DNA of 64,000 nucleotides from positions 867 to 64,866 of IMG/VR virus record IMGVR_UViG_3300029286_000037; one strand, given 5' to 3'. This DNA is from a virus. Taxonomy: Duplodnaviria; Caudoviricetes. Position 1 is the stretch's first letter. Every line of letters starts with the position of its first letter. The notes under the pieces are model-generated. The model made no database searches. It had not been told where the DNA came from and worked only from the letters and a program-made list of their open reading frames with translations. Positions 35,668 to 44,952 of the stretch are shown here, piece by piece. Both the position numbers and the translations under genes were made by a program.

Positions 35668-36522
35668 TTAAGATTTAAGTTTGCTTATCTCAGCGTTAGA
35701 TGCCTTATCGGACTTAGTGACCAGGGCGATTATTTTTTCTACGGCACCTTCTTCAGATAACTCTTCTGAATGGACCTTATCCATGATCTCAGATTCTTCT
35801 TTCTCAAAGTTTTTAACTATTAAAAGAATATTCTCGTGGATACCTATAAGCTTCTTGATGTTCCCTCTAAAAGCAGTGGCTGAGTCACTCTTTTCATACA
35901 CCTTTTCAATACTGGGTATTGAATGCATCTCATCTGTTTCGTTTGCAACTTTATCATACTCATTTACTGCAGAAGCCAGTTTACTGACAAGTAGGGTGTA
36001 TCCAAGCTTATCAAGACTCTCAGATATGCTGGCTAACTTGCTCCTTAAAACATTTCTTCGATCCAAACCTTGACCTAGTGGGGAAGAGATCTCTCCCTGA
36101 TTATTTGTCTGTTCAATAAGGGGGGCTAAAAACTTTTTTACACTTGCATCTCCCTTACTGTACTGATCTGTAAGTCTTTCAGCGGTTAGTACCCCTGTTT
36201 TGATCCCAGTTAAGAGCTCTTCACGTGTCTGTGGTTTATCCATACCCCATAGGGTTATCTTTTCTTTTCCGGAAACTGGATCCAATGTGATAACAGGTTC
36301 CCCTCTTTTAGCAAAAGGAACTTTAACATTAGGATCAGTTGGGGAGTGAGACACATCAGGAAAAGGCATATGTGGCTGACGGGGAGTTCTTTCAAAAGCT
36401 CTTGATAAAGGTAGGGCATTGAATACCGCGTCCTTCACCTGAGAAACATCAGAGGCTTCTTTACCTAAACCCTTTGTATTAAGGGTCTCAATTACTTTAT
36501 CGAACTTTTTAGAATAACTCAT
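35668..36522 (-). CDS. Hypothetical protein with K-x-A motifs and helical-hairpin repeats
   Basis: LNTKGLGKEASDV and KLASISESLDKLGY..SKLAS. Confidence 0.6.
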   Translation of the reverse strand: MSYSKKFDKVIETLNTKGLGKEASDVSQVKDAVFNALPLSRAFERTPRQPHMPFPDVSHSPTDPNVKVPFAKRGEPVITLDPVSGKEKITLWGMDKPQTREELLTGIKTGVLTAERLTDQYSKGDASVKKFLAPLIEQTNNQGEISSPLGQGLDRRNVLRSKLASISESLDKLGYTLLVSKLASAVNEYDKVANETDEMHSIPSIEKVYEKSDSATAFRGNIKKLIGIHENILLIVKNFEKEESEIMDKVHSEELSEEGAVEKIIALVTKSDKASNAEISKLKS

Positions 36523-37238
36523 CTTTTTCCGCCTTTAACATATTTCTTAATAAGCTTATCAAAGTAAGCTATTTTATTCTTCGGTAAGTAGCTAAGTGCC
36601 CCGGCGACATAATAAGAAAAACTATCCGCCCAGTCATCCCAGGGATTTCTCTTTGCATAAAACCTTGTAAATTTTGCATAGGGGGAGTAGTAATACTCAC
36701 CAATCAACTCTGGAGAACCTTTCTCGCAGATATGCACCCTTTTAAGTCCCACTTTAGGGTACTTAGACCACCCAGAAAGACTTAACCAATCCTCTTTAAG
36801 GGATAGGTCCCCATCTTCCCCCTGAAATTCATCCCACCCATGCCCAAGCTCGTGATAGAGCGTTTGGTCAAATTTATTAAGGATGGAACCATTATCCGGG
36901 TCGATTATAATTTTCGGATCTTTTAATAACTGGTCATTTAAAACCAGAGTATTGTTAATGTATTTACCGTGATTAGGGTAATACTCTTTAGAAGGGCCCA
37001 GGTCATCGAATGACAGGGACTTTACTCCACACATTCTGACTAGTTCTGGATTTAACCTCTGCAGACTTTCAAATAGAGTAGTTAAACACTCCGGGCTTGC
37101 TTTAGAATCAATATCGATCCCGTATATCTCCTTAATTCCGGAGGATACACTGGAGTTACGACTATATTCTTCTAAGTCGACAGCAATTTTTCGTACACGA
37201 TTAATAACATCTGTAGAATTATATTTTTTAGTCATCAT
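36519..37238 (-). CDS. Zinc metallopeptidase (HExxH)
   Basis: LYHELGHGWD..FTRFYAKRNPWDDWADSFSYY. Confidence 0.8.
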   Translation of the reverse strand: MMTKKYNSTDVINRVRKIAVDLEEYSRNSSVSSGIKEIYGIDIDSKASPECLTTLFESLQRLNPELVRMCGVKSLSFDDLGPSKEYYPNHGKYINNTLVLNDQLLKDPKIIIDPDNGSILNKFDQTLYHELGHGWDEFQGEDGDLSLKEDWLSLSGWSKYPKVGLKRVHICEKGSPELIGEYYYSPYAKFTRFYAKRNPWDDWADSFSYYVAGALSYLPKNKIAYFDKLIKKYVKGGKR

Positions 37239-37252
37239 GATCTAATAAAAAA

Positions 37253-37267
37253 TATTAATGCATTATT
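37253..37267 (-). promoter_or_regulatory. 15-bp putative late promoter motif (AATAATGCATTAATA)
   Basis: Between a terminator and the peptidase start. Confidence 0.65.
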
Positions 37268-37283
37268 ATTGGCAATAAAGCAA

Positions 37284-37310
37284 AGGGGTCGAGATTGACT
37301 CCCGACCCCT
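37284..37310 (-). terminator. Intrinsic terminator
   Basis: AGGGGTCG/CGACCCCT stem, then TTGCTTTATT on the minus strand. Confidence 0.7.
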
Positions 37311-37354
37311 CCACTCACACACCAACCACCAACCAACCAAAAGGTATCTTAGTA

Positions 37355-38107
37355 TTAATGAGGCAAATTATCCCTATCAGTTTGTACTCTTGTGTCACTA
37401 GAATTAAAAGGGATTTCACCGGATCGAACTAGCTTATCACGGAGACTTACACCGCCGTGCATAATATCCCCTTCCAACTTCTTTTTACCATCGGTATAAG
37501 TAATTAGTCGGGCAGTGTTTCCAAAGGCATCCTTAAGTTCCTCAACATTTTTTACGGATTTAGCAGCTTCTCCAGGTTTCTGGGAATTCTGAGAATCATC
37601 TACAGTAAGGCTGTCTTGAAAACGTGATTTTTGGTGCATTGCTTCCTGTTTATGGTAATTTTCCATAACGATTGCAAAACTTTTTGGATCACCTTTTTCA
37701 AGCTGTTTTAAATCATTAACAGAATATGTTATAGTCCCGCCCTGTGGAGCGTTGATTGTAATCGGTTTGCCCTTAGCAGCTACCTCTGAAAGGAATGAAG
37801 AGGCGAGTACCATAGCCAACATAGCCAGAGATCTTATCCTTGGACTGACTCCCATGGCTTCCTTATCTTCCATTCCCCCTACAGAAGGAGTATTCAGGTA
37901 CTTTGCAACTATCTCCGCAGAGTTCTGTGCATTAAGGGTGATCCCTAACTCCCTAGCCATCTGAATTGCCTCTGGAGAAAAAGTACTCATAGCTTCCAGG
38001 GTATCTGCTATTTTATCAAGAGCAAGAGCCTCTTTAGCATACCCGGAAGATTCAATACTATTAGCTATATTATCGAGAGCATTAGCCAATTTTAAATAAC
38101 TTAACAT
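37355..38107 (-). CDS. Helical-hairpin-tagged protein with an internal signal-peptide-like segment
   Basis: N-terminal KLANALDNIANSIESSGYAKEALALDKIADTLE; internal EDKEA-MGVSPRIRSLAMLAMVLASSFLSEVAA. Confidence 0.65.
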   Translation of the reverse strand: MLSYLKLANALDNIANSIESSGYAKEALALDKIADTLEAMSTFSPEAIQMARELGITLNAQNSAEIVAKYLNTPSVGGMEDKEAMGVSPRIRSLAMLAMVLASSFLSEVAAKGKPITINAPQGGTITYSVNDLKQLEKGDPKSFAIVMENYHKQEAMHQKSRFQDSLTVDDSQNSQKPGEAAKSVKNVEELKDAFGNTARLITYTDGKKKLEGDIMHGGVSLRDKLVRSGEIPFNSSDTRVQTDRDNLPH

Positions 38108-38167
38108 TATAATCCCCTGTGTAATGGTGATTTGATGGGTATAATCCCCTTAATGATTATAAATAAA

Positions 38168-38182
38168 TATTAAAAGAATATT
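38168..38182 (-). promoter_or_regulatory. 15-bp putative late promoter motif (AATATTCTTTTAATA)
   Basis: 2 mismatches; 61 nt upstream of the ATG at 38107. Confidence 0.5.
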
Positions 38183-38275
38183 AAAAAATATTTCCTATTA
38201 TTTCTATTAGTACTTTAAGTTATTTCCCAATAGCCCAGAAACCATCTACAAAAATTATAGACTCTAAATATCTTA

Positions 38276-38307
38276 TGGTAAAACTAGGTTTAAAAAAGTA
38301 TATTAAT
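38276..38307 (+). promoter_or_regulatory. Sigma70-like promoter shared with 48618..48649
   Basis: TGGTAA-17 nt-TATATT; 27/32 nt identical to 48618..48649. Confidence 0.65.
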
Positions 38308-38333
38308 ATTAGACACACTAACAAGGAGATTAT

Positions 38334-38831
38334 ATGTTTTGCAAGTTTTCAAGAATTATAGCACTTTCAGTCCTCGTGTTAACCGTATGTAGCTTCTCAA
38401 AGGACGCTCTTAGTAACTATGACAACCATAAGAGCCTATACACGAGTAGCAAGTTGAATCCTTTCTATCTTGGGCCTATTTTTTCAACGGGTGCGGCTAT
38501 GAAAGAGATAAATAGGTACATAGCAGATATGTCCCCAGAAAATATTGGGAAGTTTGAATCAAATAATCTCACGCTTATCGATACAGTAAATCAGGTGTTC
38601 TCTTTCAAAAAGGTAAAGTCTTATAAAGTCTCACAAAAAGGGGAATCTTTCCCAATACTTTACATGAAAAGCACACTGAATAATGAGAAGTATGAATTAA
38701 TAGTGGAGATAAAGGAAGGTTCGAACTATGACCGTATTATCAAAATATTTAAGGATGGTGTGCAAATCACTATGATCTTATGTGTCGACAACAATAACAT
38801 CATCCAGAAGAAAGCTCCAACCAATATTTAA
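38334..38831 (+). CDS. Secreted or membrane-anchored hypothetical protein (moron)
   Basis: N-terminal signal peptide MFCKFSRIIALSVLVLTVCSFS; AAGGAG RBS; opposite strand to the operon. Confidence 0.7.
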   Translation: MFCKFSRIIALSVLVLTVCSFSKDALSNYDNHKSLYTSSKLNPFYLGPIFSTGAAMKEINRYIADMSPENIGKFESNNLTLIDTVNQVFSFKKVKSYKVSQKGESFPILYMKSTLNNEKYELIVEIKEGSNYDRIIKIFKDGVQITMILCVDNNNIIQKKAPTNI

Positions 38832-38852
38832 AAATCAGGCAGAAATAAAAAA

Positions 38853-38874
38853 AGCCCGACCAAAAGGCCGGGCT
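38853..38874 (-). terminator. Intrinsic terminator after major capsid gene
   Basis: AGCCCGGCC-TTTT-GGTCGGGCT followed by TTTTTTATTT on the minus strand. Confidence 0.85.
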
Positions 38875-38899
38875 AAACTCTCAACAATACCCGTAAAAA

Positions 38900-39787
38900 T
38901 TAGCGAGCTATTTTTACTCTGGTAATTGCCAATGGGTTATGACAACCAATACCCAAGTTTTCGAATACTGAGAAACCAATACGACGTGCTTTTGGATCAT
39001 CGGCACTAAGTACTGTGAGTTCAGTTCTTACTGGGATACGACCGAAAAATTCTGGTTCTGCGCAAACGTAAGCATAACCAGGGTTAACTTTTCTGCTAAC
39101 AATGATCTGAGCACCCCAAACGGTACCAAGAAGACCACTCTTGAGCAATGTTCCCTGAGTTTCGATATCAAGAACGTCACGTCCCCATTTTCTGATGTCT
39201 GCGAAATCCAGAGCATTCATGAAAATACGAGCAACGCGAAGATCATGTGTCTCGATACGTGCGAAAGCATCGATCAGGTTCGCAGGAGTAAGAGGAGCAA
39301 CGGCATTGATCTGTGCATTCACATATGCGCTTCCGATGTTATCGAAACCGAACTGTGAAACTGCGTCCATGACATCAAAAGCACGTGCATCTTCAGCAGC
39401 CTGGATCTGAGCCTTTGCTAAGTCCTGTGCTCTCTCAATAAGATCAAAACGGCGTTCTTTGATCTGAGTAAGAGGAAGCTCTGGGTTCGATGCTATTTCG
39501 AAAAGAGGGAATATCACACGGCGAGGTTTTGTGATCGCCAGAATGTTTTCACCTTCTTCTCCGACAACGAAAGCTGTTACGTTAGGATCTTTGTCGTAAA
39601 TTGGCAGTGCGCCATCTGGCAACTGCTCTACGAGAAAAGCCTTACGAGCAACTGACGTGTAATCTCTACGAAGACGTAAAGGCTGTATCATAGAAGCAGC
39701 AAGCTTCGCACGACCAGCAGCAGTCTTGATGTAATCTCCGATGATCTGTTGTTTCAGTTCATTGGAAATTGCGTTTGTACCTTCCAT
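38900..39787 (-). CDS. Major capsid protein (HK97 fold)
   Basis: Order portal, protease, scaffold, decoration, MCP; AAGGAGG RBS and strong terminator; VGEEG..IQAAED..IFMNALDFADI..GTVWGAQIIVS..GFSVFENLG. Confidence 0.88.
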   Translation of the reverse strand: MEGTNAISNELKQQIIGDYIKTAAGRAKLAASMIQPLRLRRDYTSVARKAFLVEQLPDGALPIYDKDPNVTAFVVGEEGENILAITKPRRVIFPLFEIASNPELPLTQIKERRFDLIERAQDLAKAQIQAAEDARAFDVMDAVSQFGFDNIGSAYVNAQINAVAPLTPANLIDAFARIETHDLRVARIFMNALDFADIRKWGRDVLDIETQGTLLKSGLLGTVWGAQIIVSRKVNPGYAYVCAEPEFFGRIPVRTELTVLSADDPKARRIGFSVFENLGIGCHNPLAITRVKIAR

Positions 39788-39900
39788 TTTAAAATCCTCC
39801 TTAAAAGTTTCTTGAGCGCTCTTTGTTTTTCTCAGTTACGGCATCTTCACGGCTTAAACTATTTCCATTTGTGCACCAGTAAAGGTGCAACAAAGTAGAA

Positions 39901-40461
39901 TTAGGAAAGCTGAATAACCATAAAGGGATCTGTTGCACTCGGAGCAATAAGGACAATACCTACGATAATCGAAGCGCTGTCCGCAACATTTGTGAACAGG
40001 CCATTCTGTGAACAATACAGAGCTTTACCAGGAATGAAAGTGAGTGGTGTACTTCCGTCCTGTCCGTATGTTTCATACAGGTCTGTTGAGAACACAGTAC
40101 CAGAACCCATAAGATATGGACCTTTACCGGATCCAACACCTGAGCTCGATTCAAAAGGATAACCAACAGCATTATTAATCGCAACACCAACAGGGCGATT
40201 AGTAAGAACTGTGTTTGCCACGTCTGTACCGGTACATGCGACGATTGTTCCGCTTACTGCACCAACACTAACGATTTGACCAGCAAGAATACCTTTTGGA
40301 GTATCAGCACTAAGACGAGTGTTCGCCTTAGATTGATCGTTTGCACCAAAATTGTCTCTTGTAAGTCCAGCGTCGGTCAGATTCATAAGGGTATTCATTG
40401 TCACGCGATAGAGGATATTTAAACCTCTGTCTGGGGCAATTCCGCTTCCTTCACCTAACAT
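39901..40461 (-). CDS. Putative capsid decoration/cement protein
   Basis: Between scaffold and MCP; PVGVAIN..STDLYET..GKALYCSQNGLFTN..VGIVLIAPS beta-rich pattern; AAGGAGG RBS. Confidence 0.65.
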   Translation of the reverse strand: MLGEGSGIAPDRGLNILYRVTMNTLMNLTDAGLTRDNFGANDQSKANTRLSADTPKGILAGQIVSVGAVSGTIVACTGTDVANTVLTNRPVGVAINNAVGYPFESSSGVGSGKGPYLMGSGTVFSTDLYETYGQDGSTPLTFIPGKALYCSQNGLFTNVADSASIIVGIVLIAPSATDPFMVIQLS

Positions 40462-40590
40462 CTTGAACCTCCTTTAAAGTGACACCCAATCCCTATCAAG
40501 TTTTTAGGGCGGGTAGATATCGTTGAAATCTTATCTCGATATTCTATAACAAACACTCCCCTTATCGGGGAAGTGCGCTATACGTATTAA

Positions 40591-41535
40591 TTAAAAAATC
40601 GAACTTACATCAGGTGCTGAAGACCATAGACTTGACAAGTCATTTGATCCGCTTGAAGAAGCTTCCTTCTTAACCATACCAGAAAGTTTTGAAGCACCTT
40701 TCTTAATGGGAGAAGGCATAACACCACTGAAAATCTGATCAAGGAGACTTGAATCAGAAGCTTCAACTTCTTCTTCATCTTTCTTAGCATCAGCAGAAGC
40801 ATCTTTCTCTTCTTTGTCATCTTCATCAGAATCAGCAGAAGCATCCTTCTCTTCATCTTCCTTAACTTCTTTTTCAAGATCTTCAGCTGCTTTTTTCAGA
40901 CTAGCAAGCTTTTCTTTCTTTTTCTTGAGATCGAAGGCATGAGGGTCATTCTGACCAGCTTCTTTATCAGACTTTTCTTTGTCATCATCTTTATCTTTGT
41001 CATCAGAAGCATCTTTTTCAGACTTTTCTTTTGCTTCTTCATCTTCATCTTTCTCTTCAGCAGATTCACCGGCAGCTTTTGCAATCATCATAGCAAGGCT
41101 TTCCTGATTTGAAAGAGTAGCGTTAAGGCCATCTTCAGGAAGGTGCATAAGAATGCCAGCTTGTTTTTCGATAATGGCGTCTGTCGCACCGGGGAGCATT
41201 CTCTGAGAAGCAATGATAGCTTTTACAGCTTTCTCTTCAAGTCTACGGGCACTTGCGATAGCTTCTGTTGCAGCATGTTTATCGATAAGGGGAGCATGTC
41301 CTGTCTCTTCACGTTTCTGATCATCCTTTGCAGGATTATCTTTATTGACACCTTCATTCCATGTCTCAGAATCACCCTTTGCATATTCACCGATAGCGGG
41401 ATCGTTCTTTGAATGGCCTGTATCATTCATATCGTATGGATCATTGGCGATTCCAGAACCTTTATCCACAACCTGGGCTCCTGGCTTTGACTTCATATCA
41501 GCAGCCGTTCTTGTAGTTAAGCGTTCACGAGACAT
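40591..41535 (-). CDS. Putative scaffolding protein
   Basis: Follows the protease; highly charged coil with repeated EKDAS, KEAG and KEAS; C-terminal LSSLWSSAPDVSSIF. Confidence 0.7.
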   Translation of the reverse strand: MSRERLTTRTAADMKSKPGAQVVDKGSGIANDPYDMNDTGHSKNDPAIGEYAKGDSETWNEGVNKDNPAKDDQKREETGHAPLIDKHAATEAIASARRLEEKAVKAIIASQRMLPGATDAIIEKQAGILMHLPEDGLNATLSNQESLAMMIAKAAGESAEEKDEDEEAKEKSEKDASDDKDKDDDKEKSDKEAGQNDPHAFDLKKKKEKLASLKKAAEDLEKEVKEDEEKDASADSDEDDKEEKDASADAKKDEEEVEASDSSLLDQIFSGVMPSPIKKGASKLSGMVKKEASSSGSNDLSSLWSSAPDVSSIF

Positions 41536-41604
41536 GTTGGTCCTCCTGTGTCAATTTATTTATGAAGTTCTATTGAACTTAAGTTATTTCAGTGAAAAAA
41601 CAGA

Positions 41605-41619
41605 TATTAGTAGATTATT
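41605..41619 (-). promoter_or_regulatory. 15-bp putative late promoter motif (AATAATCTACTAATA)
   Basis: 1 mismatch; upstream of the scaffold, decoration and MCP genes. Confidence 0.65.
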
Positions 41620-41636
41620 ACAAAACGATATTTTTA

Positions 41637-43250
41637 CTATTCAAAATTGGATAAAATCTTAGCCCACTTAGCTAATTTTCTACTTTCATATTGAGTTGGT
41701 TTACGTCCTATTTCCACTATCATTTCTGTGAAAAAAGGAAGCATCCCAGTTGAAGAAAGCTTTACCCTAGATAGTGTCTTGACAGCATCTGTACCTACAG
41801 GTTTGTCAGACGCATTCTTATCAATAAAGTGTAAAATTCCTAAGACATCATCACGAGTATACCCATACTTTTTAAATTGCTTCCAATTCTTTAAAGTAGA
41901 AAGTATCATGAGACCGTTATACAAACGATCATTATTTGCCGTCTTTGCTGAAGCGAGTACTTTATTAAAACCTGCTGATTTACTTACCAAGTTATCGTTA
42001 GAAGATGTTTCGTCATCAGTAGGGCGTTGACTACCATCATTCTTAGCCTGCTCCTTCATAATCTCTCTGCGCATCTGATTAAGAACTTGCCGCTTTACCA
42101 TATCCTTTACTTCATTCACAGTAGCGTCATCTTTAGGCTCGTTTATCTGTGGTTCCTGAGCCATCGCTGGATCCGCACCACCTAAACCACCTGGAGCAGC
42201 CATCGCTGGATCCGCAGCTGGAGCAGCACCGCCTGCATCCCCTAAAGAATCAGCAGGAGGGGCGGCATCTTCAACAGGAGGAGTATCTACCGCTAAAGGT
42301 TTATCAGACTCTGCAGGAGCCTCTGGGAAGCTGAAGTCATCCTTTGGAGGTGCCGGAGCATCTCCTTCAGCAGCTTCAAGGTCCCTTACTATTTCTTTTG
42401 CACTTTGAGACGCAGCCTTCAGGTACATACCAGGCATGTATTCAAAGGAAGGCATAGCAACAGCCTTTTGAATCTTATCAGAAAGATCTACCTCAAAAGG
42501 TAGAACCTTGTTAAGTACCGCCCCCTCAAATGCAGGTTTGCGCACCCAACTACCATCTATAAATTTGCAGCTGTCTGGATCATCCGTTGACCCGCAAAGT
42601 TCTGCTACAATTCTTTTTACGCCATTATCATCGTAGAAGTAATTACCTTTAAAAAATCTTACATGTTTGCATGACTGAGATTCATCTTCTGCGGATCTAC
42701 CGCATTGAGTACATATGCTGTACTTAATCAAACAGCCCATAGAAACAGCGGAGTATTCTCCGGATTGAATTTTTGCGATTAAATCAGTATGCTTCTTATT
42801 TGTTGCAATAAGAATGTCTACATACATCGTAGTAAGGTCATTGCCATGGGAATCTTTTGCAAAAGGAACTTCCCTCAAGGCAACATCGATAATCTTCCCT
42901 TTAGATAACTCAGGGATTTGAACATGTTCAACAAAGTTATCAGCACCGAGAAAACTCTTTGAAGCTACCTTCAAAAGGTTTCTTTCCCAACTATCCCCAT
43001 TGTTATTTACAAAGATTGAATACTCAGGTTTGATCAGATAATTACTTTTTGGGTTCGAAGGCTCTGCTAAGTCGACATCTACGGACGCCATAATAGTAAC
43101 ATGGCTCAATAGCCATTTTGAAGGATCAAATTGAGCTATAACACTCTTAGCAACAACGACTCTACCTTTAGGTACCACGTTGTCTACCCATTTACCTGGG
43201 CAGACAACTTTTGTTACTACTGCAGCATGTCCAAACTTAAGCATTGCCAT
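41637..43250 (-). CDS. Prohead maturation protease (HK97/assemblin-like serine protease) with Zn insert and C-terminal extension
   Basis: NNNGDSW..NFVEH (His)..KGKIID..IQSGEYSAVSMGC (Ser)..CTQCG..CKHV..FIDGSWVRKPAFEGA. Confidence 0.8.
   Translation of the reverse strand: MAMLKFGHAAVVTKVVCPGKWVDNVVPKGRVVVAKSVIAQFDPSKWLLSHVTIMASVDVDLAEPSNPKSNYLIKPEYSIFVNNNGDSWERNLLKVASKSFLGADNFVEHVQIPELSKGKIIDVALREVPFAKDSHGNDLTTMYVDILIATNKKHTDLIAKIQSGEYSAVSMGCLIKYSICTQCGRSAEDESQSCKHVRFFKGNYFYDDNGVKRIVAELCGSTDDPDSCKFIDGSWVRKPAFEGAVLNKVLPFEVDLSDKIQKAVAMPSFEYMPGMYLKAASQSAKEIVRDLEAAEGDAPAPPKDDFSFPEAPAESDKPLAVDTPPVEDAAPPADSLGDAGGAAPAADPAMAAPGGLGGADPAMAQEPQINEPKDDATVNEVKDMVKRQVLNQMRREIMKEQAKNDGSQRPTDDETSSNDNLVSKSAGFNKVLASAKTANNDRLYNGLMILSTLKNWKQFKKYGYTRDDVLGILHFIDKNASDKPVGTDAVKTLSRVKLSSTGMLPFFTEMIVEIGRKPTQYESRKLAKWAKILSNFE
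42159..42216. repeat. 19-bp intragenic direct repeat (ADPAMA x2) in protease linker
   Basis: AGCCATCGCTGGATCCGCA at 42159-42177 and 42198-42216. Confidence 0.85.
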
Positions 43251-43286
43251 TATAATACACCCTTACTCGTTTTGATTTCTGCACAA

Positions 43287-43844
43287 CTACTCAGTGCGAA
43301 CATCTTTATAAATCTTACTTATCGCTGAACGCATAAACCCATCAGAGCACGTCTTACTATATGACGGGTATAGGCTCTGATAAGCTTGTATGTCTGTCAG
43401 ACCTTTATTTAAACAGGAGACTACATCACAAGCCAGCTTATCTACAACGTCATGAGCAAAGCTTCCCGCCACTTTAGAAGCCATCTTGGAAATACGTTCC
43501 TCAGAAGCTTCCTTAGATACTATACCCTTTGCCATTTTTTTGACTTGATCACGAAGAGTACCATAGTTCTTTTCAGATATGATCGAATCATAATTTTCAT
43601 AACCCGTATCTTCAGTTACTGGAGATGTCCCCATAAAAGGTGTGATCAGAATAAGTTCTGTAGGATCTTTCTGCTGGTTCCCGCCAATAGGAAAATCTAC
43701 ATACACCTTATTTATAGCGGGACAAACCTCTGTCACCACGCCAACATAAGGGGAAATAGACTTCTCACTGGTGAACCACTTAACCTGGTCCCCTACTTTA
43801 TAAGATTCTGCTGACCCTGATGGATTAGGATATAAACCTGCCAT
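43287..43844 (-). CDS. SH3/KOW-like barrel plus helical domain, joined by a K-x-A linker
   Basis: YKVGDQVKWF..GVVTEV..KVYVDFP; linker SKEASE..SKMASKVAG. Confidence 0.65.
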   Translation of the reverse strand: MAGLYPNPSGSAESYKVGDQVKWFTSEKSISPYVGVVTEVCPAINKVYVDFPIGGNQQKDPTELILITPFMGTSPVTEDTGYENYDSIISEKNYGTLRDQVKKMAKGIVSKEASEERISKMASKVAGSFAHDVVDKLACDVVSCLNKGLTDIQAYQSLYPSYSKTCSDGFMRSAISKIYKDVRTE

Positions 43845-43862
43845 GACAATTATCCTTTCACC

Positions 43863-44435
43863 TTACTTCATGATCTTATAAGGAAGACTTGAGGCATCCT
43901 TACCAAGCTGATTTTTCTTGAACTTATCTTTAAGCTCAGTACTTGTGTCAGTATTATATTCCTTCATAAAAGGCTCATCACTGTTTGTATCACGAGCACC
44001 GGCACGAAAAAACTGTTTCATATAGGCTTCATCCCCATCACACTCAAGGGTTGAAGCTTCTTTTTTACCTTCGAGAACATCTGATACGCGATCGATTTCA
44101 AAGGCAAGTTTCATAAGTTGTGGGTCATTTTGACTTTCAAGAAGACCAGCGATTTCATCCAGAGATGCAGCCACTTTTAATGCAGCTTCTTTTTTCTTGG
44201 AATCATCCTTTTTGTCATCTTTCTTATCTTCTTTTTTACCAGTATTTATCTTCTTTTTACATTTCAGACAATAACCGGTATTCTTAAGAACTTTACCCTT
44301 ACAAGTAGGGCAGGTAATCATTTCAGCTTTACCAGCTTCTTTATCCATAGGTTCACCTTCACCGGCGAGAACTTCCAAAGCAGCCAGCTTAGCACGTGTG
44401 GCTTCAATCTCTTTTGCAATAATTGCTTTATCCAT
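43863..44435 (-). CDS. Zinc-ribbon plus helical-hairpin protein with K-x-A motifs
   Basis: DKEAG-CPTC..CLKC-KKEAA; KVAASLDEIAGLLES..AFEIDRVSDVLEGKKEAS. Confidence 0.7.
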   Translation of the reverse strand: MDKAIIAKEIEATRAKLAALEVLAGEGEPMDKEAGKAEMITCPTCKGKVLKNTGYCLKCKKKINTGKKEDKKDDKKDDSKKKEAALKVAASLDEIAGLLESQNDPQLMKLAFEIDRVSDVLEGKKEASTLECDGDEAYMKQFFRAGARDTNSDEPFMKEYNTDTSTELKDKFKKNQLGKDASSLPYKIMK

Positions 44436-44477
44436 TAAAATCCTCCTTAAAAATCCTGTATCTAAATGTTAAGAATG

Positions 44478-44891
44478 TTATAGGTTACCTAAGATAAGGG
44501 CGTATGTGGACGCATTAATCTTATTTGCATACTTACCGTCATCCAGTGTAGCAATAGCTCTAGTTAGAGCATCTTCATTAGCCACCCCTGCGTCATACTC
44601 TTTCATAGCGGCATCAACAATCTTACGAGCATGTTTTGATATCGCCTGAAGATCCTCATCCCTTATGTCGTACTGAGTACGAGGCATAATAGCGGCCTCT
44701 GTACTGAGATCACCCCGGGGAACCATAGCCTCTATTACAGTCTTACCATTCTCATTATGAAAAAGGTTACGTGCGCTGAAAAGAATCTCTGGGTGGTTCT
44801 TCAATAAGTTCTTAGCTTTTTCTTGAACAGATTCTTTTTCTTTATCGCCGGGCTTCACTTTAAGACTTTTTTTATCTTCAGTTTTTGACAT
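44478..44891 (-). CDS. Hypothetical protein
   Basis: 137-aa ORF with AAGGA RBS and upstream motif. Confidence 0.65.
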   Translation of the reverse strand: MSKTEDKKSLKVKPGDKEKESVQEKAKNLLKNHPEILFSARNLFHNENGKTVIEAMVPRGDLSTEAAIMPRTQYDIRDEDLQAISKHARKIVDAAMKEYDAGVANEDALTRAIATLDDGKYANKINASTYALILGNL

Positions 44892-44937
44892 AAAAATCCT
44901 TAATAATTGTAATCACAAGAAGTTATTAGTATTCTAA

Positions 44938-44952
44938 TATTAATACATTATT
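44938..44952 (-). promoter_or_regulatory. 15-bp putative late promoter motif (AATAATGTATTAATA)
   Basis: 1 mismatch; 47 nt upstream of the ATG at 44891. Confidence 0.65.

Noticed and set aside
39869-40576. Small hairpins flanking the decoration gene (about 39872-39889 and 40553-40574)
   Set aside because: Short or imperfect stems without clear U-tracts; they may tune stoichiometry but cannot be called terminators.
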